Source: the human T2T-CHM13v2.0 reference genome, Homo sapiens. From it: a stretch of 64,000 bases of DNA. Of this stretch, positions 13,183 to 27,900 are shown in pieces; position 1 is the first letter of the stretch, and every line of letters starts with the position of its first letter. The notes below the pieces were generated by a model, which was not told where the DNA came from, searched no databases, and saw nothing but the letters and a program-made list of their open reading frames with translations. Both the position numbers and the translations under genes were made by a program. The stretch lies in the NCBI RefSeq assembly GCF_009914755.1, contig NC_060936.1, one strand, 5' to 3'.

Positions 13183-13482
13183 CTTGCCAATTAGGGAGGC
13201 AAATTTATCATTGAGGGCCTTCATCTCCTCCTTCTCCTGGTTCTTCAGCTGCTGAACAGCGGGGTCCAACTTGACATCCAGGGGCACCAGCAGGCCGGGG
13301 TTCACAGTCACCTTGGAGATAGTGCCAGCCGACCAGCAGCCTGTGAGGCTGCGGGAGCTGAAGCCCGGCCCGGGGGCCCTGCAGCTGTCCCATCCTGAGG
13401 TTCCAGGCCGGGGGCTGCCCACCGGGGTCACCTCACAGCTGCTGAGGCTGCTGAAGCCAACCACGCAGGAGCGGCAGGCCAT
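13183..13482 (-). CDS. KRT80: Keratin 80 (type II) coding exon 1: head and start of coil 1A
   Basis: ATG at 13482 in context ggcaccATGg; translates MACRSCVVGFSSLSSCEVTP...EEMKALNDKFASLIGK (100 codons), matching human K80; donor AAG|GTGAGC at 13183/13182. Confidence 0.98.
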
Positions 13483-13960
13483 GGTGCCCCCGGCCGGAAG
13501 CAGGAGGGCCCAGGGGGGTGAGCGAGTGAGCCTGGGGTTGCGTCGGGTGGCAGGCTCTGGTTGCTCTGGTCACAGCTGGGGCGGGCTGGGGACTGAGGAG
13601 CAGACACCTGTTGCACAGTGCTCATTAGCTGCAGGAGGGCGGGACGCCTCCCAGCCTGACCAACCTGTTGGATGATGTGGGTGCTCCCGCCCCTCCCCCA
13701 GCAGCATGTAGGTCTCCCTCCCAACAGGTATCTGCATTGCTTAGGGGGCTGGTCCACAGCCCCCTGCCCCAAAGAAAGCAGGCCTAGCTCTGGGGAGGGG
13801 GCCAAGGCTGGACTGGCCGGGTGGGTTGGGGGTGGGGAGTTGGCAAAAGGAAGGCCATTCAAGGGGGCAGGAGAGAAGAGAGAGCGCCTCACCGCAGACC
13901 TCACTGCATACTTGAAGGCTGACGTATCTGGGCTCACATACTTCTGGAAAAGATGAGTCA
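13483..13960 (-). promoter_or_regulatory. KRT80: KRT80 5'UTR and proximal promoter
   Basis: Directly upstream of the ATG; GC box GGGCGG near 13637, GRHL-like AACCTGTT 13662-13669, AP-1 TGAGTCA 13954-13960; no canonical TATA seen. Motif function is inferred. Confidence 0.6.
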
Positions 13961-15338
13961 AGCATAGGCCTTGAGCTCCCGAGTGTAGGGCAGCTATCCT
14001 GGGCACCGTGCCAGCCTGGCACTGGAAAACAGCACTTATTATTTATTTTCTGGCTGCCAAAGAGTCTCCCTGGCTTATCTTCCCCCTTCCTTCTACCCCC
14101 TCTCCCTTCCTTCCTTCCTTCACTTTAACTAGCATTGATTGAGGACCTACTATGTACACCCTACTGTCTCAGAGGCTGGGAGGACATAGACGGTCAAGGC
14201 CAAGGAGCTCTCAGCATTGGAAATGTGAGACCTGGTTCAAGACTCAGCTGGACTGCTCACCACTCATGTGACCTCAGGCACGTTACTTGACTTTTGTCTT
14301 CATTTGTAAAGTGGGGATGAAAACACCCACCTCACAGGAGGTAGCATGTACAAAGCACTTGGTAGAGGACAGGGGACAAAGTTGGCCTCAATCAGTGGTA
14401 CTGCCTTCCGGGTGCTGAGTCTAGCAGGGGCGATGGGTATGGCTGAATGCAGCTCTGCTCTGGGGCAATGAGAATCCCTGCCTTCCTCACACTCTTTCCT
14501 CCCCACTCTTCTTTCTCTTCTCTGCCTCCTTTGACCTCTTTTACACCATCTGTGAAGTAGAAATAGAAAAGACCCCATTTTGCCCCCACAGAGCCTCTGA
14601 CAGGGCGGCAGAGGCCCACCTGGCCCAGGGCAATGCCTACCTTTCCACAGTTCCTGAGACCCCACTCTTCCACCCCAGGGGGTTACCAGCTCTCCCAGCC
14701 CTGCGTCTCCTTTCCTGGCCTGGTGGTCCTGATGTTCTGGCCCTGGTGGCTGGATCTGCATGTCTTTCCTGGACCTGGCTCAACCCTGCTCTGGGTGGCA
14801 GGGGCCAGAGCAGAGAGAGGAGTGTGTCTGGGAGAGTCACAGATGGTCAGAGATAGAAGGGGTAGCAGCCCCCTCTGGGCCCAGAGGAAGAGAGAGCCCC
14901 TGAGCGGGGAGAACCATTTGCCAGTCACATCGCGGACCCTGGGCCTCCACCTCCAGGGCAGACATCTTTTTCACACACTAGGCACTTCTGGCTCACAAGG
15001 GCACAGGACCCTGTCTAGAGGCCACGGGTCCATCCTAAGCCTGATCCCAGGATCTGGTGCCGGGTAGGGTAGCGAGGCACTGGTGGGTGACTGACGTGCG
15101 CCACGCTCCCCACTCAACACCCACGTGTGGGGCCACCTTGGCCTCCCACCGTCCTCACTCTGGCCTGGCATCCGAATGGCATGTGGTCAAGCACAGCACC
15201 TTGCCCCCCACCCGTCACCCCTGTGTACTCTGTGGGGAAGGGAGGGGGCAGCAGTGGCGTCTGGGCTCTGCCAAGGCCAGAATAACAGCTGATACATCAG
15301 ATATGTCCCAGATGCTTTGCAGGAATTAGCTCCTCAAT

Positions 15339-16202
15339 CCTGACAACCACCACTTGAGGTGGACACTTTAATTCTCATCACTCCAAATGACAGAGGAGGA
15401 GGCTCAGGGGGCTGGAGTGTCTAGTCTAAGGCCACACGATTATGATGGATGGGAACCTGGACAGTTGGGGTGAGGAGCTCTTTAATCTGAGCCTCTAAGT
15501 TTTAGGACCCCTAGAAAGGGTAGCGGGTTAGAGAAGGAAGCTGCCTTCTTACTGTCTGGGGTGCAGTTTAGGGCAGCCCCGCCACCTAATTCTCTCGGAG
15601 CCGAACGCTTTTTTCTCCCAAGTGCCTGTGCATGACTTAAATCTATTTCTTGCTTCCTTCCTTTGGCCTCAGTCAGCTCCTGAGAGTTGACAGGTCTTGG
15701 TTAATTGCCAAGTCCCTGGCTCCTAGGCTGGCTTTGCAGGGCTTGCCTCTTGGGCCCCACACCAGGGGGCTTTGCTTTCGGATGTCTTCACCTCCCTGGA
15801 GCAATGGAAGGCATGCTAGCCTGGGGCTCTGGGCTGGGGGAGGTATGTGGGGCTTGCCTGTTGCTTCCTTTCTGGCCGGACAGTCTTCCTTGGGTGCAGT
15901 CAGTAGAGATGTCTTTGACTGTCACTGCTGTGGCTGCCAAACAGGAACAGCCACAAAAAAGCCCCAAATAAACAAAACTCCACAAACAGCCCAGCCCTAC
16001 CTCCTCCCTCTCCCCTCCTCACCCCGTCTCCTTTCCTCCCCCAGCTCATCTTCAATCCTCCTGACAACCACCACTTGAGGTGGATGCTTTAATTCTCATC
16101 ACTCCAATTGACAGAGGAGGAAGCTCAGAGGGCTTGAGTGCCTAGTCTAAGGTCACCCAGTTATGATGGATGGGAACCTGGACAGTTGGAGTGAGGAGCT
16201 CT
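15339..16202 (+). repeat. Local direct duplication of a MIR-like fragment (15339-15481 and 16060-16202)
   Basis: 131/143 identical, gap-free, offset 721 bp. Confidence 0.92.
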
Positions 16203-17233
16203 ACTCCCTTTACTCTGGAACTGGCATCCCTGGGGGTCCTGGTCCAGGCTGCACTCTCTGAGCAGGGCTCTCTGTCCCAGCTAGGCCAGAGGGCCTGACA
16301 TCACCCTCTCCTGGCCTTGGTACAGAGCCTGAACCACCTGGGGGCTTGGACCCCCACCCAGGGAAGCAGGAGGCCTGGCAGGGGTTGGGAGGTGGGAGAT
16401 GGAAAGTGGGGGAAGGTTTCCGTCTCTCTGAGGATGTTTATGTACCCGAGCAGTCTCCAACTCCCTCCTGGATGTACAAATAAACAAACCTGCTTGGGGC
16501 TTCAGGTGAGGACGGGCTTGGACAACCCCCGCTAGAAATAACACCTGGACATCCTGTACCCTCTGGGACTCCGGAACCCTGCTCTTCTAGTCCTTACATG
16601 GTCCAGGGACAGGAATCTACATCTCCCTTTCCTGCCTCTTGAGTCTATCCCCTTTACCCCAGTCCCCTGTCACTGGTAACAGGACACAATCCTGATGATC
16701 CAGGAGGCAGAGAAAGAGCAGAGGAGGGGCTGGGCTGGCTAGAGGCGAGGAATGGGGAAGAGGCTTAGGCTGGGCTGCCAGAGCCTCCTGGAACTGGTCT
16801 TGAAGTGAGGGGGAGTTTTCTTGTTTTTTCTCTCTCCTCCTCCCATTTCCTTCTCCACGTCACTCCCACCCAACCTGTGGTCTGTCTCCTTCGCATTCTC
16901 ATCCGCCTCCTCTGTGTTTTCGATTGTCATGCTCTCTCTCACTTATCTTACTGTCTGTCTGTCCCTCTCGGAGTCACCTGCCCACTCAGAGTCCTGGCCT
17001 GGAGCTCCTCCTTTCGGCCCTGGGTGGGGGCAGAGGGAACAGGGTTTGTGTCCCTGCAGCCCAGTTGGACATCCTTATGAGAATGGCATCCCTGTGTCAT
17101 AGTTTCAGCGCCTCCTCTTTGCCTTGCTCCCCATTTGGCCTGAGGCCTCCTGGCCTGTGGAGCATCAGGTCTCTGGAAATGCTGGATGGCAAGACATAGT
17201 TGTTGGGTGAATGTTCCAATGGGCACATCCTAG

Positions 17234-17963
<730 letters not shown>

Positions 17964-17967
17964 CCCC

Positions 17968-18245
<278 letters not shown>

Positions 18246-21168
18246 TGTGGTCAGAATTTCTGAGGGTCCCAGAGCTGGGGGTTGGGGACGTAAGTGTAGG
18301 TGTGGGAAGGGTCAAGAAAGGAGAACTAACAGCAAGTATAGAGAAATTAAGCCTCCTCCACATGCCAGGCAGGCTATGGAGACATGGAAGAGGCACTGAC
18401 CCAGGTGACGGTGTCTACGATGCCTTCCCAGATAGGGACCATGAGCTCAGGCCTGAAGGAAGAGCAAGAGCTGTCCAGGCAGGGGAGGGGAAGGGTATTT
18501 CAGGCTGGGCCAGCATTATGTGCTGCGGATGTGAGAAATTATTTGTGTGGGGTTTTGACAGAGAATGACAACTGAATGAATGAATGACTACTCCAGCTGG
18601 TGTTACTGGAGTGTTGGAGGTACTGTAGAGCTCAGAGGAGCAGTGACGCCCTTGGAGTCCCACAGAGGCTTTCATCAAGGCATGTCTTTACTGTGCATAC
18701 TATCCTTCAGGGGCTCCCCGTGGCTTTGGGGATGGAAGATTCCTCGGAATGCCAAACCCAATCCTTCTTCCTTGCTGGGTCTCACCTCCACTATGCCTTT
18801 TTTCTCTCCACAGCCCTGCCCATTTTCCCACCCGCCGACCCCACCACACTGGCCACCTTTCCCTGCACCTGCTGAGTGGTGTCAGGTGATTGGGTTGAAC
18901 AGCACAGATATAGAACAATTCCATCATCACATATGGTCCTATTGGACAGTGCTGACCTGCAAAGCAGGCATCTGAGATGGGTCAGGAGGCTGCAGATTCC
19001 TGGAGGCTGTGAAAGGGTTCAAGACTGTCCAGCGGGCAGCCTGGGATGTGGCAGGAGCACTGAACCTGGACTTAGGAGACCTGGTTTCTGGTCTGGGGCT
19101 CTGCCACTCACCAGCTGTGTGGTTTGGGGCCAAATGCTTGGCCTCTCTGGGCCTCAACGGCCTGTAAAATTAGGTTGTACTACAAATCTTTTTTTTTTTT
19201 CCAGTTTAGTTCAACAAACATTCCTCAAACTGTAGTGGAGCCTCTTGCTCTGCTGGGTACTTGGCTTCCAGTGCGATCCACGGTCCCTGGCCAAGCAGCA
19301 TGCTGGGAGGTTGGGCAGGTGCGGGTGTTCTGTAATGAGGCCAGGCCTCTGGCGCCAGGGAGAGGTAGGCATGGGCTAATTACACTTTCCTGTCTTCACA
19401 GCACTCAGCCCAATTTGTAATTATTTATTGTTGGTGTTTACGTGTTTGTGTCTGCCTCCCCTGCACAGCTCTGTGAGCACACGGACTGGGTGGTGGCTTT
19501 GTTTCTTTAGTGTCCCAATGCCTGGCATAGTGCCTGGCACACATCATAGGTGCTTGATAACTATTTCTTTCTGGAGTGAGTAAAAGGCCACCCTTCCTCC
19601 CAGTGCCCATGTTACACTGGATTTCAACACAGGGTACAACCGCAAGAGCTTTGGGATGCTGTAGAGTGACAGAGCCCAGGCAGGATGTGGAAGGAAGTCA
19701 GCATGGGTGTCCCCCAATCTCTGGCAGCTAGCTTTGGGGCCCCTGCCCCACCCTTGCTAGGCTGTGCTGGGCTCACTGGGATGAGTCACAGGTTGATACT
19801 GGGTCCTCTGCCTGGAGGAGTCAGGCAGACCACCGCCATTTGACTCCTAGGCCTGGCATCCTGCTCCTTCAGCTTCTGGCCCAGCGTCTGGTCATGGCCA
19901 AATGCCTTGGAGGGGTGAAAAGATTAGGGTCCCTCTTGCAAAGCAAAGAAGCAGAAGGAAGCCTCCCCAAGATGGCAGAGGCCCCACCAGTCCTAGAATT
20001 TTGTCAGACATGTATGTGGGGCGGAGCGGGACCAAGCCTTAGGCCCCCAGGTCCCTTTCCTTTGAGGTGGGACACAGGGATGGAGCATGTTGGGGTGGGC
20101 AGCTTTCCTCTGGTCCAGGTGTAGGGTAGGCCCAGCCTTCCTGGGGAACCCTAGACCCTGCCCCACTGTGTGGGTGCTTGGTTCATGCCAGTGGCATTTT
20201 GGCAAGGCTGCCAGGCCTGCTTCTGGGTGGAGAGGAGCAGGAAGGAGGATTGCACAAAGGGAAACTGGCAGGAGAGCCCTACTTCCTCCGGCTGCTCAAT
20301 GCCTTGCAGGGAGGGCCGAGGGGCAGCACAGGTTGCCTTGGTTCCCCAGGAAACACCATGTCCTTGCATCTGTGTCCTCTCCCAGGAGGAGAGGCCAGGT
20401 CCCAGAAACAGGGGTCCTGTCATGCCCACTCTCCATGCCACCCTCTGTGCCTGGCTGTGACCCATGAGGGAGGTTCCTACAGCCCTCATTTCTTAGGCCT
20501 CAGACAAACACTCAGCCACTCCCCTCCCTCCCTCTGTCTCTGGGCTTCACAGTGGCCCTCAGCCACTTCTCCCTGCAGGAAGCCCCCTCACTTCTCCTTT
20601 GAGCAAGACAGCTCTCAAAAGCAACCTCCACCACGGCAGGGGCTGTGTTGTTCACTGTTCTGTTGCCACCGGCACATGGCAGGTGTGCAGTAAACAGTTG
20701 TTCAATTGAGACACAGCACGCCCTCTATTATTAGCACTTTCTCTATGGCTCTCTTTAGGCAAGGGTCTCTTCTCTCCCTCCCCCATTAGACAGGGCTGAG
20801 GACCCTGTTTCTCCTCCTCCTAGTCTCCCATGCCTGGAATCCTGGTCACTGCAGAAACGGGCCAATCTTACCTACCTCTGCTATTTGGGCATTTCTGAGT
20901 CTCTACTGGGTGCCTGTCCCTGTGCTGAGCAGTGGGGCAAATATGAAGATAAGCGAGGCAGGGTTGTGATGGGTGTTCACCCCACAATTCTGGATCCCTG
21001 CTGCCCCTGAGACCAGCACTTTCTGAGCTCTGGAGTCTCTTTCCATCCAGCCCTGCCTCCGGGCCAGCTGCCGGCTGGTTGCAGCCTCCTCACCCTTCCA
21101 CTCCTGACACTGTACACAGCTATTTAGCAGGTATCTTCCTCCCTGGGGCTGCTTTCAGGAAAGAACAA

Positions 21169-22078
21169 AGAGGGACGGCAAGGCTAGGGAGTGGCAGGGC
21201 ATCTGGAGACACTTATTTGTAAGCCCAACTAGCTCCCCTGAGCTTCAGCTGCTGCCTTTATCTGGCCCGATAATAGACCGAAACCATAGTCTGCTCCCTG
21301 TTGAGTGATCTGTGGGCCTGCCAGGGTGGCAGTGGCCCAGGGTGGCGCTGAGCACTGCTCCAACTGACATAGGGCGGGGAGCCACCAGCCTGCAGTCTGC
21401 CTGCCATGCAGGGATGTTCTGTCCATCCAGGGGTCCTCAGTGGCTGTCTAGGAGGCTCAGGACATATCTGGAGAAGGGCAGCTTCATCTATTGTGGTGTG
21501 TGGTATTTCCAGCACTGAGCACGGTGCCTGGCATATAGTGGGAGCTCCGTGGCTGAACGTTAAGCATTCAGCACCTATTTATCAGAGATCTATGATGTGC
21601 AGGAAGCTGTGTTTTCCCCTCCCCATCCTTCTATATGCTTCCTTCAGCACCTGTTGGGGATTCCTTGATGCAGTGAGAGGTGGGGAGTCTCCAAGGCAGT
21701 TGGTCTGTGAAAGGCCAGTCGGGTGCCAGCCTTGCCCACCATGTCTCAGGGAGGAAGCATCAGTGCCTAGGATAACAGCAAGTGCTTGCTCATGTGACCA
21801 ATGCCATCTCCTCAGCACCAGCAGGCAGGCATGGGGCTGCTGCACTCCCATTTTGCAGAGGAATGGGGCTTGCGCCCAGATTTTCCGCCTCATCCTTCAG
21901 CACCCAGAGTGCCGCTACCACCCTGGCAGGCTCACAGATAGCTTAACAGGGAGCAGAATATGGTTTCGGTCTATTATCGGGCCAGATAAAGGCAGCAGCT
22001 GAAGCTCAGAGGAGCTAGTTGGACTTCCAAATAAGCATCTCCAGAAGCCCTGCCACTCCCCGGCCTTGCAGTCCCTCT
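21169..22078. repeat. Long inverted repeat (arms 21169-21336 and 21911-22078)
   Basis: 152/168 identical without gaps after reverse-complementing; 574-bp spacer. Confidence 0.95.
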
Positions 22079-23103
22079 GTTGGGTGGGATAAGAGCTGGG
22101 GTTGGGCTGGGCTGGGGAAGGGCAGCCAATGGAGATGAAGTGAGGAGCAGAGGGAGTGGGCGGGCTGGGCCAGTGGGCGTAGATGGGCTCAGGACTGGGC
22201 CCCGGCCTGGGCTGCTGGATGGAGCAGGGCCGGCTGGTGGGAATCCAATGACCCCAGCTCCTCTCTGAGCGGCCACTGGCTACCTTTTGAGAGGGCAAAC
22301 AGTGCCAGGAGGGATCTGGGGCTAATGACTGTTTTCCAGCAGGCGATTCCTCTATGTGGGGTTTATCTGCCTGGGTCATCATTCTGCAGTCTGCACTTAC
22401 CAGGGTAATAGCAGGCTGGTCTGGGGCCTCTGCCTGCCCATTGGCCTTGGGGCCCTGCAAACAGATGGCAGTAGATGAGGGAGGGGAGGGCAGGAATAAA
22501 CAGGAGCAGCACCCACTGTGTTTTCTGAAGGGTGTCTCCACAGCTTGGGGCGGGGGGAAATCCTGGTGAGGACGGGAGAGAAGATTCAACCTAGGGCCAG
22601 GGGCTGGGTTTCAGTTGCCCTCCTCCCCCTCCTCCTCCAACTCCAGCCTCCCGCTTCCTATCCCTCTCGCATAGGGAGGCGGGCAGAGAAACACGCCTAC
22701 AGCAGCCCATTTCAGGAGACTGAGTGCTGGGTCACTGCAGCTGTGTCCTCAGCTCAGGGTGTCTCCCCTCACCACAGGCTCATTGCCGCCCAGATCCAGG
22801 GAACCTCCACGGACACCCGCTCCCCGCAGTCCTTACCCCAACTGTCGACCCCTGCCCAAGTCCACACGGACCCCTTCACTGGCCTCAGCGGTCCCCCTCC
22901 TGCCGCACACTGCTTCAAAGCCATCCTCAGGAAGCCCCAGCTGGAGAGGGCAGTGCTGCTGACTGAGGTGGCCTGGGTGAGAGGCGCAGTGCTTTGAGGA
23001 CTCACGTGGCTTTCCAAATCCCATGGCCACCCATGTGGAGGAGATATTTTCAGTTTACAGTTGAAGATGCTGAGGCTCTGAGAGCTTAAACGACTTGTCT
23101 CAG

Positions 23104-23868
<765 letters not shown>

Positions 23869-24549
23869 TACCAGCTGATAAGTGGTGGAGCTAGATGTTG
23901 AACCCAGAGTGGAGGGCTGGTTTCCAGCCTGCTCTCTTGGCCTGGCGTGGCTGTGCCTGCCACTTTCTCTGCCTCTTGTCCCACTCCCTGCCTGTGTTTT
24001 CTGAAGGGCGGCTCCATAGCTTGGCGGGGGGAAAGCCTGGTGAGGACGGGAGAGAAGATTCAAGCCAGGGCCAGGGGCTGGGTTTCAGTTGCTCTACTCC
24101 CCCGCTCCTCCAACTCCAGCCTCCCGCTTCCTGTCCCTCTCCCACAGGGAGGCGGGCAGAGAAACACGCCTACAGCAGCCCATTTTTTGGGGGTTCATGT
24201 TGGGGGCAGGTCTGTGCTGGCTGTCGGAGCTGGGAGTGTGGAGAGCACTGCGGCGGCACAGCTGACACCGCCTCTGCCAAGGTCCACGCAGCCTGGCTGC
24301 CTCCACGCTTCACTGGGTTTTTCCTTCCTGGCTGCTGCATCATTTGATGCAGGGGGAGGGGTGGGATGAGGGGGTGTCTTTGGGTCTCTCCTCGGGGGGC
24401 CCCTGAGGTTCTGTGTGGCTATCTCAGGGTAGGGGGTGTCTGGGTGCCTGGTGTGGGGAGGATCCGAGGGCCCTGCCCCTGTGGTGTGTGTGGGTGGGGG
24501 GTGTCCCAGACACTGTGGCCCTTTCTGGGCAATGTGTCTCTCAGCCCCT

Positions 24550-24920
24550 GCGTGTGAATCTGGAAACGTGAGCATGCGAGTATGCCTGTGTGTGTGTGTG
24601 AATTTGTTGTGACTGTGTGTGAACATGTGTCCCTGCACCCTGTGCTCACTCATTCCTCTGTGTGAACATGTGAGTGTGCAAATGCGGCTGTCTGCTTGTT
24701 CTCCTGTATGTGACTGTGTGAACACGTGGGAGCACATGCCTCCTCACACCCTGCATGTGAATGTGTGTGGACATGTGAGCATGTGAGTGTGCAGACACAC
24801 CCACTCATGCCCCCACGTGTGGATGTGTGTGTCTCTAGATGTCCTTGTGGGAGTGAGTGTTTGAGCATGACTACTTCCTCCTCTGTGTGTGAACATGTGC
24901 GTGTGTGTGTGAGTGTGTGG
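24550..24920 (+). repeat. Degenerate TG-rich repeat with recurring tgtgtgaacatgtg units
   Basis: Recurring motif seen directly; a similar looser tract lies at about 35380-35940. Confidence 0.7.
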
Positions 24921-27900
24921 CTGGGGAAGCGCCACCCCCCAGCCATCCAGCATTGCCTCATCCCTGTGACACAGCCGCTAATGACTGTTTGCCATTGTCT
25001 GAGCGGTGGTGGCATCACCCGCACTAATGACAGTCTCCCCTGCCTAATGACCTGGCTCCTGCCCCATTATTTAGGAGCCTCAGGAGCACTGGCCCTGTGA
25101 CCAGAGAGATGTTGACCAGCTCAACACATTTCCCTTTGGGGTGTTGCGGGGGGGTGGGGAAGTCATAAATCCCACCCCTCCCCGACAGCCCTCAGGGTGC
25201 CGGCGTGGGCTGGAATTTCAACTGGCTGATGGCATCCTGGGCGGGAAGCCCCAGGTCTGGGCCTGCCCTCTGTCTCTGGCAGAGCTGGGCGGCTGCTGCC
25301 CCTCCCCACAGGTGACCCTGGACCCTGGCAGCCAGATCCATATCAGGTTCCAAAGACAGGGCTTTCCTTTCCACCGTGAAACCCTCAGGCCGTCTCACCT
25401 CTGCGAATGGAGATGTCCCTTCTGAGCAGGGCTCTCTGTGCCCAGGAAGCTCTGATCTGCAGCTGACCTTGGGGAGCGAGGGGGTCTGGAGCAGCCAGGG
25501 AACCACAGGGTCCAGAGCAGGCTGCCTGCGTGGAGGCCACAGCGGAGCCTGATTCAGCCACACCGTCAATATTTCTTTTATGATCATCATTAAATTAAAA
25601 TAGCCTCTGGATTATGGAGGAGAGCTGGGCAAGGGGGCTGCCCCCTTTCTGTGAGCCCACAGCCACAGCCATTTCTTCATATTCTCTTCTGGCTTTCAAT
25701 CTGCTCCTTCCCATTGATGTTCCCCACTTACAGGCAGGCCTCCTCCTACCTGAAGTTTACCTGGATCTGCAGGGAAGCCTAGGACTCTGCCTGGGGCAGG
25801 AGGGACTCCTTAAAGGTGTTCTGGGTTGAGAGATGCAGGCCTGCAACTAGCTGTGAGACCTTGAGCCGGGGGTTGGGGGAGCCGCGGTCTCCTCTGCCAA
25901 TGCAGATGCAGCGGTACCTGCTCCCTAGGGCTGCTCTGGGGAATAGGTAAGCGCTGAGCATTATATAAACCATTCAGCATTATATAAACCATATAAACGT
26001 TGCCGGCACACAGCAAGCACATAGTAAATCTTTTTAAAGCCTCTGAACCTGCATTGCCTCCTCTCCAAAATGGAACAGATAATTGCTGGTGCTCATGGCT
26101 GTCGTGAGGATAGTGAGAATCCAGGGGAAGCGCCTGCTGCGGAGTGGGGCAGCTCCGGCATCTTTCTCATGGAGTCCTCGGCTTGGCAGCTTCTCTCCTC
26201 ACCCATGAGGGTCTGAGCGGGGGAAAAAGGAAGGAGTGGTTGCATTGGCTGTTTTCATTGCTGCCTCAGTGTCCCTGTCCTGGTGGGGCACTCCTTCACT
26301 TGCCAGCCAGGGACTGTGGCTTGCTTACATTACTTATAGCGGGACTCATCTGTGACTCACTAGAGGGGCGTGAGGAGAGAAAACCAGCCCAGTGCATTAC
26401 AGAGTATCGTTTTGTAAATGTATGTGTCTATTGGTTGCAGTAAAATGTATTTCTTACTGTGCGTTGAGGTTAAGAAGCTGGAGACACCTGCTCCACTGTC
26501 TCTGGGCGGGGCAGAAGCAGGGGCCTGGGGACTCCCTGGTTTTGCTTTGCTCCTCCTCTGCTCCATCATGAGATTCGCACTAAGCGCCCATGTGTGCTGT
26601 CCTGGCATGGCTGGGCCCCAAAATGCGAGAGCCCAAGTCCAGCTGGAGACATCCCTTCCTGCCCCCAACAACCCACAGAAGTGCCCCCTCATGCCATGTG
26701 CCTGGGAAGGCCCACACCTGACATCCAAGGTGCTATGCCACCCAGGAGCGGCCTGCAGGCTAGAGGGTGCTGCAGGATAGGCAAGGGTACAACGGAAGGC
26801 CTCCCAGGCTTGCCTCTCATCTGGACCTAGGCCCAGATGAGTTTCAGGGCTGAGCCAAGCTGTCCCTGAACCCTGCTCTTTTCCTCATGATGGTGGACAC
26901 TTAGTCAACCAGCCCATGGGTAGGGCGAGGGCATCAGAAAATGCTTCCCACAAAAGCAGACCAGTTGGTGGTGGGGGCCCTGCAACCCAGGCATGGTTTT
27001 TTTCCTTCCCCCAACACAGCAGCCACACCCTCAGTGTGGGCCTAAGTGAAAGCTAATGGTGGGCAGGGGCAAGGGGTGTTGGGGCACCCCAATAGCAGTG
27101 GCTGCCATTTACTGAGGGAGGCCTCTGTGCCAGGCGCAGCACAGATCAACTTCAATCTTTATGACTCTCTTAAAGTGTTCATATCTATAAAAAGGGTGCT
27201 CATTTTATAGATAGCAAAGCTGAGGTCCAGAGCAGTTATGTCCACACAATTAGTAAGTGCTGAGAATCAATCCTGGGTTGGTCTCTCTCTGCATCCTTCT
27301 GTGGCTTCTGAGGGAGAGACTCATGTGTGTTACTGGGGACACAGCGCTGGCACACAGGCTGGTTCCAGAGGCCAGGAAGAGGGAACTTGGTCTTGGAAGG
27401 CTTTGCAGTACACCAGCTGGAGAGGCTTCCTTTGAGGAGAAGCTGACCTCTTCCAGGTACTCCCCAGAGATTCCTTTCCCAGTATAACCTTAGCTGGGGC
27501 CTCCCTGGCAATGAAGGCAAGAACTTGCTCATGGGGAGAGCTGCTCCTCATTGAGAGTTTTATCAGTGAGATTCCTTGATTATCAAGAGGAAAAAATTGC
27601 AGCAGGGGAGATGTGACTTAGATTCCAAAGTCTTCTTTGGCACTCCTTAAGGGCAGGGACTAATCCTCCAGGGACTAAACTTCCAGCAAAATAGGCTTAA
27701 TGAACACTGGAGACTCTCGCAACTAGTGATGACTGTGGCATGTGTAGCTCTGTGAGAACATCTGAAAAGTAATACATAAATAAGGGCAAATGAGTACAGG
27801 GTAACTTGGGATCTAAGTGCCGAGGGGACGCGAAGTAAGTGGTATAGTAAGTGGTAAAAGTTGGGTGGGGTTGGCCAGGGAAGGCTTCCAAGAGCGGGGA

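Noticed and set aside
21406-22589. 198-aa and 224-aa ORFs over the inverted repeat
   Set aside because: Low-information peptides typical of GC-rich DNA; no exon structure or homology recognised.
24550-24920. Recurring tgtgtgaacatgtg units resembling a repeat-spacer array
   Set aside because: Irregular degenerate TG-rich simple repeat in eukaryotic DNA; not CRISPR-like.
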